A program made the translations under genes and the position numbers. From the NCBI GenBank assembly GCA_017622535.1, contig JAGAQX010000151.1, positions 1-57,482 of the forward strand: a DNA stretch of 57,482 nt. Reading direction: 5' to 3'. Below the pieces are notes generated by a model. The model was given only the letters and a program-made list of their open reading frames with translations. It did no database searches and had not been told where the DNA came from. The stretch comes from Lachnospiraceae bacterium. Its GTDB lineage: Bacteria > Bacillota > Clostridia > Lachnospirales > Lachnospiraceae. Shown here piece after piece: positions 9,451 to 19,043 of the stretch (position 1 is its first letter; each line of letters begins with the position of its first letter).

Positions 9451-11901
9451 TTATATCACCTTGAATTTTACTCCTGATTTGAGTACTGAAACACGAACCG
9501 TCTGACCTGCTTTAATATTACCAGCTAATAATTCTTCAGCCATTTTGTCCTCAATTTCATTCTGTATTGCACGACGCAATGGTCTTGCGCCATATTTCTT
9601 ATCATATCCCTTTTCAAAAATGTAATTCTTTACAGCTTCACCATAACGAAGGTCTATGTTCATCTGTTTCTTTACACGCTTTGCAAAATTCTTAAGTAAT
9701 AAATCTGCAATTTCTTTCACTTCATCCTTAGTCAAAGCATGGAACACAATCGTATCGTCGATACGGTTCAAAAACTCTGGTTTGAAAAGTCTTTTTACTT
9801 CTTCCATCACACCGCTCTTCATATACTCATGATCCTTTTCGTCAGAAGTCTCTCCTGCAAACCCTAACTTCTTCGGTTCCATAATTCTTGCAGCACCAGC
9901 ATTACTTGTCATAATGATAATTGTGTTCTTAAAATCCACTTTTCTACCTTGAGAATCTGTCACATGACCATCATCTAAAATTTGCAACAACACATTGAAA
10001 ATATCCACATGGGCCTTTTCGATTTCGTCAAATAAAATAACAGAATAAGGATTTCGTCTCACCTGCTCACTTAACTGTCCACCTTCCTCAAATCCAACAT
10101 ATCCCGGAGGCGAACCAATCATCTTTGAAACACTGTGTTTTTCCATATATTCTGACATATCTACGCGAATCATATTCTTCTCATCGCCAAATACAGCTTC
10201 CGCCAATGCCTTTGATAATTCAGTTTTACCTACACCTGTTGGTCCAAGGAACAAGAAAGAACCTGTTGGACGATTTGGATCCTTTAATCCAACTCTGCCG
10301 CGCTTAATTGCTTTGGCCACTGCATCCACAGCTTCATTCTGTCCAATTACGCGCTTATGCAATTCATCTTCTAAATGAAGAAGTTTCTTAGATTCTTCTT
10401 CCTGCAAACGACTTACCGGAATCTTCGTCCACTCAGAAACCACAACTGCAATATCTTCTTCATTTAAAACAAAACCTTGCGCTTTGCGGTTTGTTTCCTG
10501 TTTCTTCTTCATTTTTTCAAGCTTCTCTTCCAAAACCCGAATAGCCATCTTTGTCTCATGAGCTGCCTCTAAATCATTATCCATAAAGGATTGATCCAAC
10601 TCAATATTTAAAGCTGCTAATTCCTTCTCAATTTCTTGAATCTGTGGTGTTGTCTTGAATACTGCCAGCTTCTTTTTAGCAGCTGCTTCATCCATCAAAT
10701 CAATGGCTTTATCCGGCAAAAAGCGGTCATTCAAATAACGTATCGCTAGTTCTACACAGGCAAAAACCGCTTCATCACTAATACTCAACCCATGATGATA
10801 CTCATAACATGGACGTAATCCCTGCAAGATTGCCACAGTTTCCTCTTTTGTGGGTTCTGAAACATTCACTGGTTGGAATCGTCTCTCTAGCGCAGCATCC
10901 TTTTCAATATACTTGCGATATTCAGCAGTGGTTGTTGCACCAATCATCTGAATTTCCCCTCTTGAAAGAGCAGGTTTTAAAATATTGGATGCATCAATCG
11001 CACCTTCTGCACCACCTGCACCAATTATCGTGTGCAACTCATCCACAAATAAGATTACATTGCCTGCACTAATCACCTCAGCGATTAACTTCTTAATACG
11101 TTCCTCAAACTCACCACGATATTTGGATCCAGCCACCATACCAGAAATATCCAAAGAAAGTACCCTTTTTCCGACAACGGTTTCTGGTACTTCTCCTGCC
11201 ACAATCAACTGTGCAAGTCCTTCCACAATCGCAGTCTTACCCACACCAGGTTCACCAACTAGACATGGATTATTTTTCATGCGCCGACTCAAAATCTGAA
11301 CGACACGTTGCATCTCCTCTGTTCTACCAACAACCGGATCTAACTTCCCCTCTTTTGCCAACTTGGTAAAGTCTCTAGAATACTGATCTAATGTAGGAGT
11401 TGATGACTTCCCTTTCTTCTCCTTTGCCTTTAGGCTATTAAGCTCAGTTTTAGCCGCACTAGGCTCCATTCCCATTGCAGTTAAAATATCTCCATACAGC
11501 TTAGTTACCGAAATGTTCATTGCTGTCAACAAGCGAAATGCTACACTATCCGGATGCTTAATAATTGCAATTAACAAATGCTCTGTACCAATCTGCTGTG
11601 CTTTCAGCCTTGTCGATTCCTTTGCTGCCAAATTCAGAATATCCTGACAACGCTTTGAAAATTCCGCCTTATTTGCCAAAACCACATTACTGTGCTCCAT
11701 CATCAACTGACTAGTCAGGCTCTCTAACCGATCCTCTTCTACACCATTTTTTTCTAAAACCGCGTAAGCTATACCGCTTTTCTCCTTCATGAGACCTAGC
11801 AACAAGTGCTCACTGCCCACATACTCCTGGGTCAATTGGAATGCTATTTTCTTGGCATATCGCAATGCATTGTTTGCACTTTTTGTATAATTTTGCTTCA
11901 T
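9451..11901 (-). CDS. clpC: ATP-dependent Clp protease ATP-binding subunit ClpC
   Basis: It has Clp_N repeats and two AAA+ modules ([18 protein letters not shown]) and is about 816 aa. The start is probably the ATG at 11901, with GGAG 7 nt upstream; the track start is 11907. Confidence 0.93.
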   Translation of the reverse strand: MKQNYTKSANNALRYAKKIAFQLTQEYVGSEHLLLGLMKEKSGIAYAVLEKNGVEEDRLESLTSQLMMEHSNVVLANKAEFSKRCQDILNLAAKESTRLKAQQIGTEHLLIAIIKHPDSVAFRLLTAMNISVTKLYGDILTAMGMEPSAAKTELNSLKAKEKKGKSSTPTLDQYSRDFTKLAKEGKLDPVVGRTEEMQRVVQILSRRMKNNPCLVGEPGVGKTAIVEGLAQLIVAGEVPETVVGKRVLSLDISGMVAGSKYRGEFEERIKKLIAEVISAGNVILFVDELHTIIGAGGAEGAIDASNILKPALSRGEIQMIGATTTAEYRKYIEKDAALERRFQPVNVSEPTKEETVAILQGLRPCYEYHHGLSISDEAVFACVELAIRYLNDRFLPDKAIDLMDEAAAKKKLAVFKTTPQIQEIEKELAALNIELDQSFMDNDLEAAHETKMAIRVLEEKLEKMKKKQETNRKAQGFVLNEEDIAVVVSEWTKIPVSRLQEEESKKLLHLEDELHKRVIGQNEAVDAVAKAIKRGRVGLKDPNRPTGSFLFLGPTGVGKTELSKALAEAVFGDEKNMIRVDMSEYMEKHSVSKMIGSPPGYVGFEEGGQLSEQVRRNPYSVILFDEIEKAHVDIFNVLLQILDDGHVTDSQGRKVDFKNTIIIMTSNAGAARIMEPKKLGFAGETSDEKDHEYMKSGVMEEVKRLFKPEFLNRIDDTIVFHALTKDEVKEIADLLLKNFAKRVKKQMNIDLRYGEAVKNYIFEKGYDKKYGARPLRRAIQNEIEDKMAEELLAGNIKAGQTVRVSVLKSGVKFKVI

Positions 11902-11940
11902 TAACATTCTCCAATCTATTTTATTTTAACAAAGAACTAA

Positions 11941-11970
11941 TCTATACTTGATGTTCATGCTTCACATCAA
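11941..11970 (-). promoter_or_regulatory. Candidate clpC promoter overlapped by a 7-N9-7 inverted repeat
   Basis: The minus strand reads TTGATG (11970-11965), an 18-nt spacer, then TATAGA (11946-11941). The inverted repeat ttgatgt-N9-acatcaa spans 11948-11970. No CtsR heptad (GGTCAAA) occurs in 11908-12034. Confidence 0.35.
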
Positions 11971-11974
11971 CATT

Positions 11975-12017
11975 AAGACAAAGAAGCCGCCACACTAATA
12001 TATTATTGTGTGACAGC
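11975..12017 (-). terminator. Rho-independent terminator after purD
   Basis: On the minus-strand RNA a 10-bp stem (gcugucacac / guguggcggc) with two G-U pairs and a 12-nt loop is followed by a U-rich tract (uucuuugucuu). Confidence 0.6.
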
Positions 12018-12034
12018 CTCATCATTTGTATTCT

Positions 12035-13306
12035 TTACTGTTCGTCAATCGCTTTTCCAATATCATTACGCATATACTTATTTTCAAAGTCAATCCACTT
12101 TGTCGCCTCATATGCGTTGGCTCTTGCCGTCACTAAATCATCTCCCTTAGCTGTAACACCAAGAACACGACCACCGTTAGTTACAACCTTCCCATCTGCA
12201 AGCTTCGTTCCCGCATGGAAAACATAATAACCATCCTTATCATCAAAGGTATCTAAACCTTTAATCTCAAATCCCTTTTCATATGCAACTGGATATCCAT
12301 CTGAAGCCAATACAACACACACTGCCGCATTGTCTTCAAACTCCAAATCAATCTGGTCTAGCTTTCCATCCACACAAGCTTCCATTACATCAATGATATC
12401 ATTTTTCAAACGAGGTAAAACCACCTGGGCTTCCGGATCACCAAATCTAGCATTGAACTCTAATACCTTTGTACCCTTCTCAGTAATCATCAATCCTGTA
12501 AATAACACACCTACAAAATCTCTTCCTTCCGCTTTCATAGCTGCCATCGTTTTCTTATAAACTTCTTCCTGACAGAACGCATCAATCTCATCTGTATAGA
12601 ATGGACTTGGTGAAAATGTTCCCATACCACCGGTGTTAAGTCCCTGATCTCCGTCCTTTGCTCTCTTGTGATCCTGCGCAGATGTCATAGTCTTAATTGT
12701 TGTACCATCACAAAATGCAAGAACAGACACTTCACGTCCTGTCATAAACTCTTCAATTACCATCTTGTTACCAGCATCACCAAAATGCTTATCCAACATA
12801 ATTTCTTTCACGCCAGCTTTTGCTTCCTCTAAGTTGTTACAAATCAAAACACCCTTGCCAAGTGCAAGACCATCTGCCTTTAATACAATCGGAAACTCCG
12901 CTGTTTCAAGATATGCCAATGCCTCATCTGCATTATCAAAATTCTCATAAGCAGCTGTAGGAATACCATACTTTTTCATCAAATCCTTAGAAAATGCCTT
13001 AGAGCCTTCGATGATTGCTGCATTCTTACGAGGACCAAATACCTTCATTCCTTCTTTCTCAAATGCATCTACACAACCAGCTACCAATGGATCATCTGGT
13101 CCAACGATTACAAAGTCAATGGATTTTTCCTTTGCAAAAGCCACCAATTTGTCAAAATCCATTACTGAAATATCAACACATTCTGCTAATGCTGCAATTC
13201 CTGCGTTACCTGGTGCTGCGTATATTTTCGACACTCTCTTGCTCTTTGCAACACATGTTGCAATCGCATGCTCTCTACCGCCACTTCCAATAATTAAAAC
13301 TTTCAT
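12035..13306 (-). CDS. purD: Phosphoribosylamine-glycine ligase
   Basis: The N-terminus is MKVLIIGSGGREHA and an ATP-grasp core follows. The start is set at the internal ATG 13306, preceded by GGAGGAA; the track ORF extends to 13378. Confidence 0.93.
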   Translation of the reverse strand: MKVLIIGSGGREHAIATCVAKSKRVSKIYAAPGNAGIAALAECVDISVMDFDKLVAFAKEKSIDFVIVGPDDPLVAGCVDAFEKEGMKVFGPRKNAAIIEGSKAFSKDLMKKYGIPTAAYENFDNADEALAYLETAEFPIVLKADGLALGKGVLICNNLEEAKAGVKEIMLDKHFGDAGNKMVIEEFMTGREVSVLAFCDGTTIKTMTSAQDHKRAKDGDQGLNTGGMGTFSPSPFYTDEIDAFCQEEVYKKTMAAMKAEGRDFVGVLFTGLMITEKGTKVLEFNARFGDPEAQVVLPRLKNDIIDVMEACVDGKLDQIDLEFEDNAAVCVVLASDGYPVAYEKGFEIKGLDTFDDKDGYYVFHAGTKLADGKVVTNGGRVLGVTAKGDDLVTARANAYEATKWIDFENKYMRNDIGKAIDEQ

Positions 13307-13438
13307 GTTATTCCTCCTGCAATCTAGTATATTTCTCCGCCAAACAGCTTTCTTACTTTCTACTTGTAGTAATTCCATATCATTCAGCAGAGTTCATTTT
13401 TTCAAAACAACACTTACATACCTGTACTCAATCACATA

Positions 13439-14065
13439 CTATTCTGCAATCATTGTCTTTCCATCAACAACCTTAACCCTACCATTCGCAATCATATCAA
13501 TTGCCTGTGGCAACAACAACCATTCTGCCTGTTCCATAACACGACGCTGTAATACCTCTGGTGTATCACCATTCTCGACAGAAACAGCCTTCTGTAAAAT
13601 AATAGGGCCTGTGTCCGTTCCTTTATCCACAAAATGCACAGTTGCACCTACCACCTTTACGCCTCTTTCCAAAGCCGCTTCATGAACCTTCAATCCATAA
13701 AAACCGGTGCCACAAAAAGACGGTATTAAAGATGGATGAATATTAATAATTCGATTCTCATATTTATCAATCATAGCTGGTGGTATAACAACTAAATAAC
13801 CCGCCAACACAATCAAATCAACATTTAACGAATCTACTTTCTCCACCAAAGCTTGATTAAACTGCTCTCTATCAGCATAATCCTTAGGGGAAACTACAAT
13901 CCCTTCAATTCCTGCCTGTGCTGCACGTTCCAAGGCATAAGCACCTTTGTTATTACTAATGACAGCAACTAGCTCTGTATTTGTAATTGTACCAGCCTTC
14001 ACAGCATCAATAATCGCCTGTAAATTGGTACCACCACCGGACACCATAACCGCAACTCTAAGCAT
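13439..14065 (-). CDS. purN: Phosphoribosylglycinamide formyltransferase
   Basis: Motifs VMVSGGGTNLQAIID and IINIHPSLIPSF are present, and the protein is 208 aa. Confidence 0.92.
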   Translation of the reverse strand: MLRVAVMVSGGGTNLQAIIDAVKAGTITNTELVAVISNNKGAYALERAAQAGIEGIVVSPKDYADREQFNQALVEKVDSLNVDLIVLAGYLVVIPPAMIDKYENRIINIHPSLIPSFCGTGFYGLKVHEAALERGVKVVGATVHFVDKGTDTGPIILQKAVSVENGDTPEVLQRRVMEQAEWLLLPQAIDMIANGRVKVVDGKTMIAE

Positions 14066-14178
14066 ATTATTCTCCTTATCCTACTATCTTCTACATCCAA
14101 AAGATAATAGCTAAAATATTTGCAATAGCTAATCATCTATTGTCCAAACAAATCTTTTTCACTATATATAGCTTGCAA

Positions 14179-15204
14179 TTAGCAAAGTGTAACACCTTTT
14201 TCACCAGCTTCTACAGAACCAACAACATATGCCTCTTCACCTGCAGCTTTCAAAGCTTCAATCGTCTGATCAACATCTGCTGCATCCACTGCCAACATCA
14301 TACCAATACCCATATTGTATGTGTTATACATCATTTCCTCTGCAATTTCACCCTTAGAAGCCATTAATTTGAAAATTGCTGGCACTTCATAAGAATCCTT
14401 CTTTACAACCGCACGAACTCCTTCTGGTAACATTCTAGGAATATTCTCATAGAAGCCACCACCTGTAATATGAGAACAACCCTTAATGGTAACACCCGCT
14501 TCTTTTACACTTCTAAGCGCTTTCACATAAATCTTAGTTGGTGCAAGCAACGCTTCACCAAGAGTTTTTCCTAATTCGTCATAATAAGTTTCTAAAGATT
14601 CCTTTGTCATATCAAACACCTTACGAACCAATGAGAAACCATTGCTATGAACACCACTAGATGCAATACCAACTAGCACATCGCCAGCCTTAATATTCTG
14701 TCCAGTAATCAAATCCTTCTGATCAACGATACCTACCGCAAAACCTGCCAAATCGTATTCATCTTCAGGGTAGAAGCCTGGCATCTCTGCTGTTTCACCG
14801 CCAATCAATGCTGCGTCAGACTGCGCACAACCATCTGCAACACCACTTACAATCGTAGCAATCTTCTCTGGGAAATTCTTGCCACACGCAATATAATCTA
14901 AAAAGAATAATGGTTCTCCACCTGCACATGCAATATCATTCACACACATTGCTACACAGTCGATACCGATTGTGTCATGTTTATCCATAATAAACGCCAA
15001 CTTCAACTTCGTACCAACACCATCTGTTCCTGATACTAATGTAGGATGTTCCATATTTTTAAACTTATCAAGAGAAAATGCTCCAGAGAAACCACCAATA
15101 TTTGTCAGTACCTCTTCTCTCATAGTCTTCTTAATATGCTCCTTCATAAGCTCTACTGACTTATATCCTGCTTCAATATCCACTCCGGCCTTCTTGTAAT
15201 CCAT
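14179..15204 (-). CDS. purM: Phosphoribosylformylglycinamidine cyclo-ligase (AIR synthetase)
   Basis: Motifs [11 protein letters not shown] and GTDGVGTKL are present, and the protein is 341 aa. AGGAGG RBS. Confidence 0.93.
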   Translation of the reverse strand: MDYKKAGVDIEAGYKSVELMKEHIKKTMREEVLTNIGGFSGAFSLDKFKNMEHPTLVSGTDGVGTKLKLAFIMDKHDTIGIDCVAMCVNDIACAGGEPLFFLDYIACGKNFPEKIATIVSGVADGCAQSDAALIGGETAEMPGFYPEDEYDLAGFAVGIVDQKDLITGQNIKAGDVLVGIASSGVHSNGFSLVRKVFDMTKESLETYYDELGKTLGEALLAPTKIYVKALRSVKEAGVTIKGCSHITGGGFYENIPRMLPEGVRAVVKKDSYEVPAIFKLMASKGEIAEEMMYNTYNMGIGMMLAVDAADVDQTIEALKAAGEEAYVVGSVEAGEKGVTLC

Positions 15205-15427
15205 TATTCTTATCCTCCTGAATTTTTAAATAATATAACTGTCACCTAACTGTTCGAGATTGACGATAAAATCTACAACCCTCTTTGAACAAATAAAAAT
15301 GACGTTATGTATTTCGCACTATCATTGGCAAGTATCACTACATATTGGTATACTTCCACAGCGCACGCACAACGTCATTATAATAAAAAACCATATTTTT
15401 GTAAAGAGTGGGCACAGACAAAATCAC

Positions 15428-17119
15428 TTATTCTGCGTAATCCACAATTTGTGTAATATCATACTGTTTATTTTGTATTCTTTGCTCAAAATCGCCCTTC
15501 GGCATCGGCTTGTCAAACAAGAAGCCCTGCACAATATAACATTCCATATCGTGTAAAAATTCTACCTGATTCCAATTCTCGACACCCTCTGACACAACGT
15601 CCATATTCAGCTGCTTTGCCATATGAATAATATTAGATAAAACAATACGATCCGTCTCTTCGTCAGTTCCTTGATCAATGAAGGATTTATCAATCTTCAA
15701 AATCTCCACTGGGAATGTACGCAAGATATTCAATGACGAATATCCTGTTCCGAAATCATCAATGGATACTGCAATCTGGCTATCCTTCATTCGATTCACA
15801 AATGCAGAAAGTAATCCTTGTTCTTCCTCGTCCGTTGTTTCTGTCACTTCTACTTCAATGTATTTAGGGTCTATATGATACTGATTTAGTAAATTTTGAA
15901 TCTTGTTCGCAAACTCTGGATTGGACAAATGCTTGCGGGAAAAATTAACAGAAACTCGAACTGGTTCAACACCACTATCTAACCATTCTCTAAGATCCCT
16001 ACATACCTGGTCTAATACATAAAAATCCAAATTGCAAATCGAACCATCTCGCTCAATAATAGGAATAAACTCACATGGCGAAATCAGCTTGTCATTCCGA
16101 TACCAACGTACCAAAGCTTCTGCGCCTATTAAATGATATGTATCCGTCTTAACCTTAGGCTGATAATAAACTTGAAACTCTCTATCTTTTAAAGCCTGTG
16201 TAAATGAACCCAATATTTTCTTTTCGTTATTGACACGTTCATTTAATTCTGTAGTAAAATAGACATATGGTTGTTTTGTAATATTTCTAGCTATACTTAA
16301 AGCCATAGCTCCATTACTAATTACACGCTCGCAATCAGATATGGAATCATCTATTTCATAAATACCTGCTGTTGCTGACAATATCACGGTAGATTGTTGT
16401 TCACCCAACATTCCATACGTAGCAGCACCTGATAAAAAGCGAATAAACTCCTCCGTTTTTTCTTTCTTGATCAGAGCCACAAAATTATCGCCACCCAATC
16501 TACCTATATACTCATCTTTGTCGATAAAAGCAAGTAACAAGCGTGCATATCTACATATAATATCATCCGCTTCCTGTTTTCCGAACTTTCTATTAATTAG
16601 ACCAAATCGCTTTAAGTTAAAACAAAAAGAATTATATTTTGTAATATTATCTTGTTCGTAAACCTTTTCTACTCTTTTCAAAAAGCCTTGTGTATTAGGA
16701 ATTCCAGTTACAACATCCGTAAGCATACTGTTTGAAATCTGCTGAATCAAACGAAACCTTCCACAATGGAAGAACAGGATATTCAAAATCATATCTAAGT
16801 CCACTTCTTCGCTTTCGTTCCATGCCTCGCAGCCATAGCCCCGATACAAATCTACATTCACGATTCCACCTTCACCAGTAGTGTAATTCTTCTTAAAAAC
16901 AAGCTGCTCATCTGCAACCTGCCCAGGCATCGCAAAGCTCCCACCTGTATTTATTCCATCTGGTGTAAATACATTCGGTGGAACCTGAAATGTCATCTCT
17001 AATCTCGCGATCTGGTACGAATCCCATAATAGTTCTATTGCTTTTTGTACACATTCAAACGTATTCTCATGTTTGGACAAAAGATCAACATATTCAGCAA
17101 AAACTGTACTACTTTTCAT
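15428..17119 (-). CDS. Signalling protein: unknown N-terminal domain plus degenerate GGDEF (GGDNF) plus intact EAL phosphodiesterase
   Basis: EAL motifs are EALVRW, VSVNFS, EVTET, DDFGTGYSSL, KIDKSF, EGVEN and QGFLF. The GGDEF motif reads RLGGDNF. The RBS GGAGGAA overlaps the last codons of the Hsp70 gene, with an 11-nt gap between the two genes. Confidence 0.85.
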   Translation of the reverse strand: MKSSTVFAEYVDLLSKHENTFECVQKAIELLWDSYQIARLEMTFQVPPNVFTPDGINTGGSFAMPGQVADEQLVFKKNYTTGEGGIVNVDLYRGYGCEAWNESEEVDLDMILNILFFHCGRFRLIQQISNSMLTDVVTGIPNTQGFLKRVEKVYEQDNITKYNSFCFNLKRFGLINRKFGKQEADDIICRYARLLLAFIDKDEYIGRLGGDNFVALIKKEKTEEFIRFLSGAATYGMLGEQQSTVILSATAGIYEIDDSISDCERVISNGAMALSIARNITKQPYVYFTTELNERVNNEKKILGSFTQALKDREFQVYYQPKVKTDTYHLIGAEALVRWYRNDKLISPCEFIPIIERDGSICNLDFYVLDQVCRDLREWLDSGVEPVRVSVNFSRKHLSNPEFANKIQNLLNQYHIDPKYIEVEVTETTDEEEQGLLSAFVNRMKDSQIAVSIDDFGTGYSSLNILRTFPVEILKIDKSFIDQGTDEETDRIVLSNIIHMAKQLNMDVVSEGVENWNQVEFLHDMECYIVQGFLFDKPMPKGDFEQRIQNKQYDITQIVDYAE

Positions 17120-17130
17120 TTTGCTTCCTC

Positions 17131-18819
17131 CTACTCTGTGAAATCTTCTAAAAACTCTTTAAACTCTCTTCTGGCTCCTTCAATCACACTATCATCTCTG
17201 GTATCCAAAGCCTTTTCAAATGCTCGCAAGGCGTATTCAATATACATTCGTTCATCACCAATGCTTTCTTCATACAAGCGTTCCCCTCGAAGTAAAAGTA
17301 ACTTGTTCTCTTCCTTCTCCCTTGGATGAATCTTGAGATAAGCAAGCGCTTCCATACGTTCTTTCACCTCTTCGTCTGTCATATCTGTAGCATTCGTTTT
17401 AATAATTTGTTTGGTAATCTCCCCTGTGGAAATAACCTTAATTTCAACTTCCAAAATAGAATTTACATCATACGTGTAAGTGACATCTACAGCTTCCTTA
17501 CCAGCCTCACCCTTTGGCACCCGAACTCGAATCTCTCCTAGCGAAACATTGTTGGATGCAAAACGACTTTCTCCCTGTAATACCTTGCAACGAATCTGGG
17601 TTTGATTGTCGTGTACTGTATATAACCGCTCAGTTCTACTTGCCGGAATTGTAGTGTTCCGTTCAATAATTGGGCAGAAATGCCCATCTTCAAACCGACC
17701 ATTTTCCTTCTCAATAACAATCTCTGTTCCAAGAGTAAATGGACATACATCCGTAAGAATCACTTCTTTAATACTATCCTTTCGCTCCTTCATAGCGCCC
17801 TGTACTGCTGCGCCTAAAGCCACAGCTTCATCTGGGTTAATAGATGTATCTGGCAGATTATGAAATAGCTTACCTACAAATTTACGAATAAATGATAGCT
17901 TGGTTGCACCACCAACTAAAACAACACGATTAATGTCTTTTAGTCTAACATTGGCATCTGAAAGGCTACGCTTAATTGGCTGGCGAATCTTGTCTAATAA
18001 TTCATCACATTTTGCCTCATATTCATCTATAGAAAGTCGCATCTCGTATGTCTCTTCTCCTAGCTTACAGCTCATAGTTGAATAGCGTTCTCCGTTAAAT
18101 TCAAGCTTGCAATTCTCTGCCTGCTTTGTAATATGCTTTAGCTCTTTTTGTGATAATATCTCTCTATTAATATCCGGATTTTTCTCGAAAAATATATCCT
18201 CAATGACTTTCGTAAAATCCTCGCCACCTAAGAAGTTATCTCCCGCTACTGCACGCACTTCGATTATTGAATCATATAATTCCAAAATAGATACATCAAA
18301 GGTTCCGCCGCCTAAGTCAAACACAAGAAACTTTCCATTTTCTCGATTTTCATACAAACCATAGGCAATAGCAGCCGCAGTGGGTTCACTGATAATTCGC
18401 TCCACCTTAAGCCCTGCTAATTCACCAGCACGCTTTGTTGCTTTTCTTCTCTCATCATTGAAATAAGCTGGCACACTGATAACTGCTTCCGTAACCTCCT
18501 CTTGCAAATAGTACTCCGCATCCTCTTTCAATGCACGCAGGATAAGTGCAGATAGTTCTTCTGGTAAAAACTTCTTACCAGAAAGCTCGTACTCCTTCTC
18601 ACTACCCATGCTACGTTTAAATACCGCCGCAGAGCTCTTTGGATAAAGGAGCATTCTCTCCTTTGCCGTTTCTCCAATATACACTTGTCCATCCTCATCT
18701 ACACTTACCACAGACGGTGTCAAATTCTTACCGAGTCGATTCGGAATAATCTTGGGTCCCTCATCCGTATAGTAAGCCACAAGGCTGTTTGTTGTTCCTA
18801 AATCAATACCAATAATCAT
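17131..18819 (-). CDS. Hsp70-family chaperone, short HscC-like form (562 aa)
   Basis: Motifs IIGIDLGTTNS, DLGGGTFDVS and VVLVGGATK define the actin-like NBD, and an SBD-beta follows. The protein has a shortened C-terminal lid and no EEVD-type tail. Confidence 0.88.
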   Translation of the reverse strand: MIIGIDLGTTNSLVAYYTDEGPKIIPNRLGKNLTPSVVSVDEDGQVYIGETAKERMLLYPKSSAAVFKRSMGSEKEYELSGKKFLPEELSALILRALKEDAEYYLQEEVTEAVISVPAYFNDERRKATKRAGELAGLKVERIISEPTAAAIAYGLYENRENGKFLVFDLGGGTFDVSILELYDSIIEVRAVAGDNFLGGEDFTKVIEDIFFEKNPDINREILSQKELKHITKQAENCKLEFNGERYSTMSCKLGEETYEMRLSIDEYEAKCDELLDKIRQPIKRSLSDANVRLKDINRVVLVGGATKLSFIRKFVGKLFHNLPDTSINPDEAVALGAAVQGAMKERKDSIKEVILTDVCPFTLGTEIVIEKENGRFEDGHFCPIIERNTTIPASRTERLYTVHDNQTQIRCKVLQGESRFASNNVSLGEIRVRVPKGEAGKEAVDVTYTYDVNSILEVEIKVISTGEITKQIIKTNATDMTDEEVKERMEALAYLKIHPREKEENKLLLLRGERLYEESIGDERMYIEYALRAFEKALDTRDDSVIEGARREFKEFLEDFTE

Positions 18820-18835
18820 ATCTATATCCTCATAT

Positions 18836-18865
18836 ATCTAAGCAATCCTACTAATCCTTTGTCAA
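18836..18865 (-). promoter_or_regulatory. Candidate promoter for the Hsp70-EAL pair
   Basis: The minus strand reads TTGACA (18865-18860), an 18-nt spacer, then TTAGAT (18841-18836). Confidence 0.4.
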
Positions 18866-18911
18866 AACAGATATTCCGAAAATATATTATCTGTACGCAA
18901 AGTCCAACTTT

Positions 18912-18953
18912 AACTATAACACAAAGCCACGAAGATTTCAAATCTCCGTGGCT
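18912..18953 (-). terminator. Strong hairpin (terminator or attenuator) between the J-TPR gene and the Hsp70 gene
   Basis: A stem of 13-14 bp forms between agccacgaagattt and aaatctccgtggct, with one G-U pair on the minus-strand RNA. It is followed on the minus strand by TTGTGTTATAGTT. Confidence 0.6.
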
Positions 18954-19043
18954 CATTTCAACAAACTTTTCGAGTACTATTACTGCTTATGTTTTATTAT
19001 GTTGTTACATGTTCTATCACAACCTTGTTTTCTCATAGTACTT

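Noticed and set aside
13011-13685. A 224-aa ORF antisense to purD/purN, with similar long antisense ORFs at 10985-11299 (clpC), 28734-29387 (pct), 20552-21061 (J-TPR), 24312-24692 (EAL) and 30878-31303 (LRR).
   Set aside because: These are shadow ORFs lying wholly inside genes with strong family motifs on the other strand. Their composition is Ser/Pro/Thr/Leu-rich and low in complexity, and they have no RBS.
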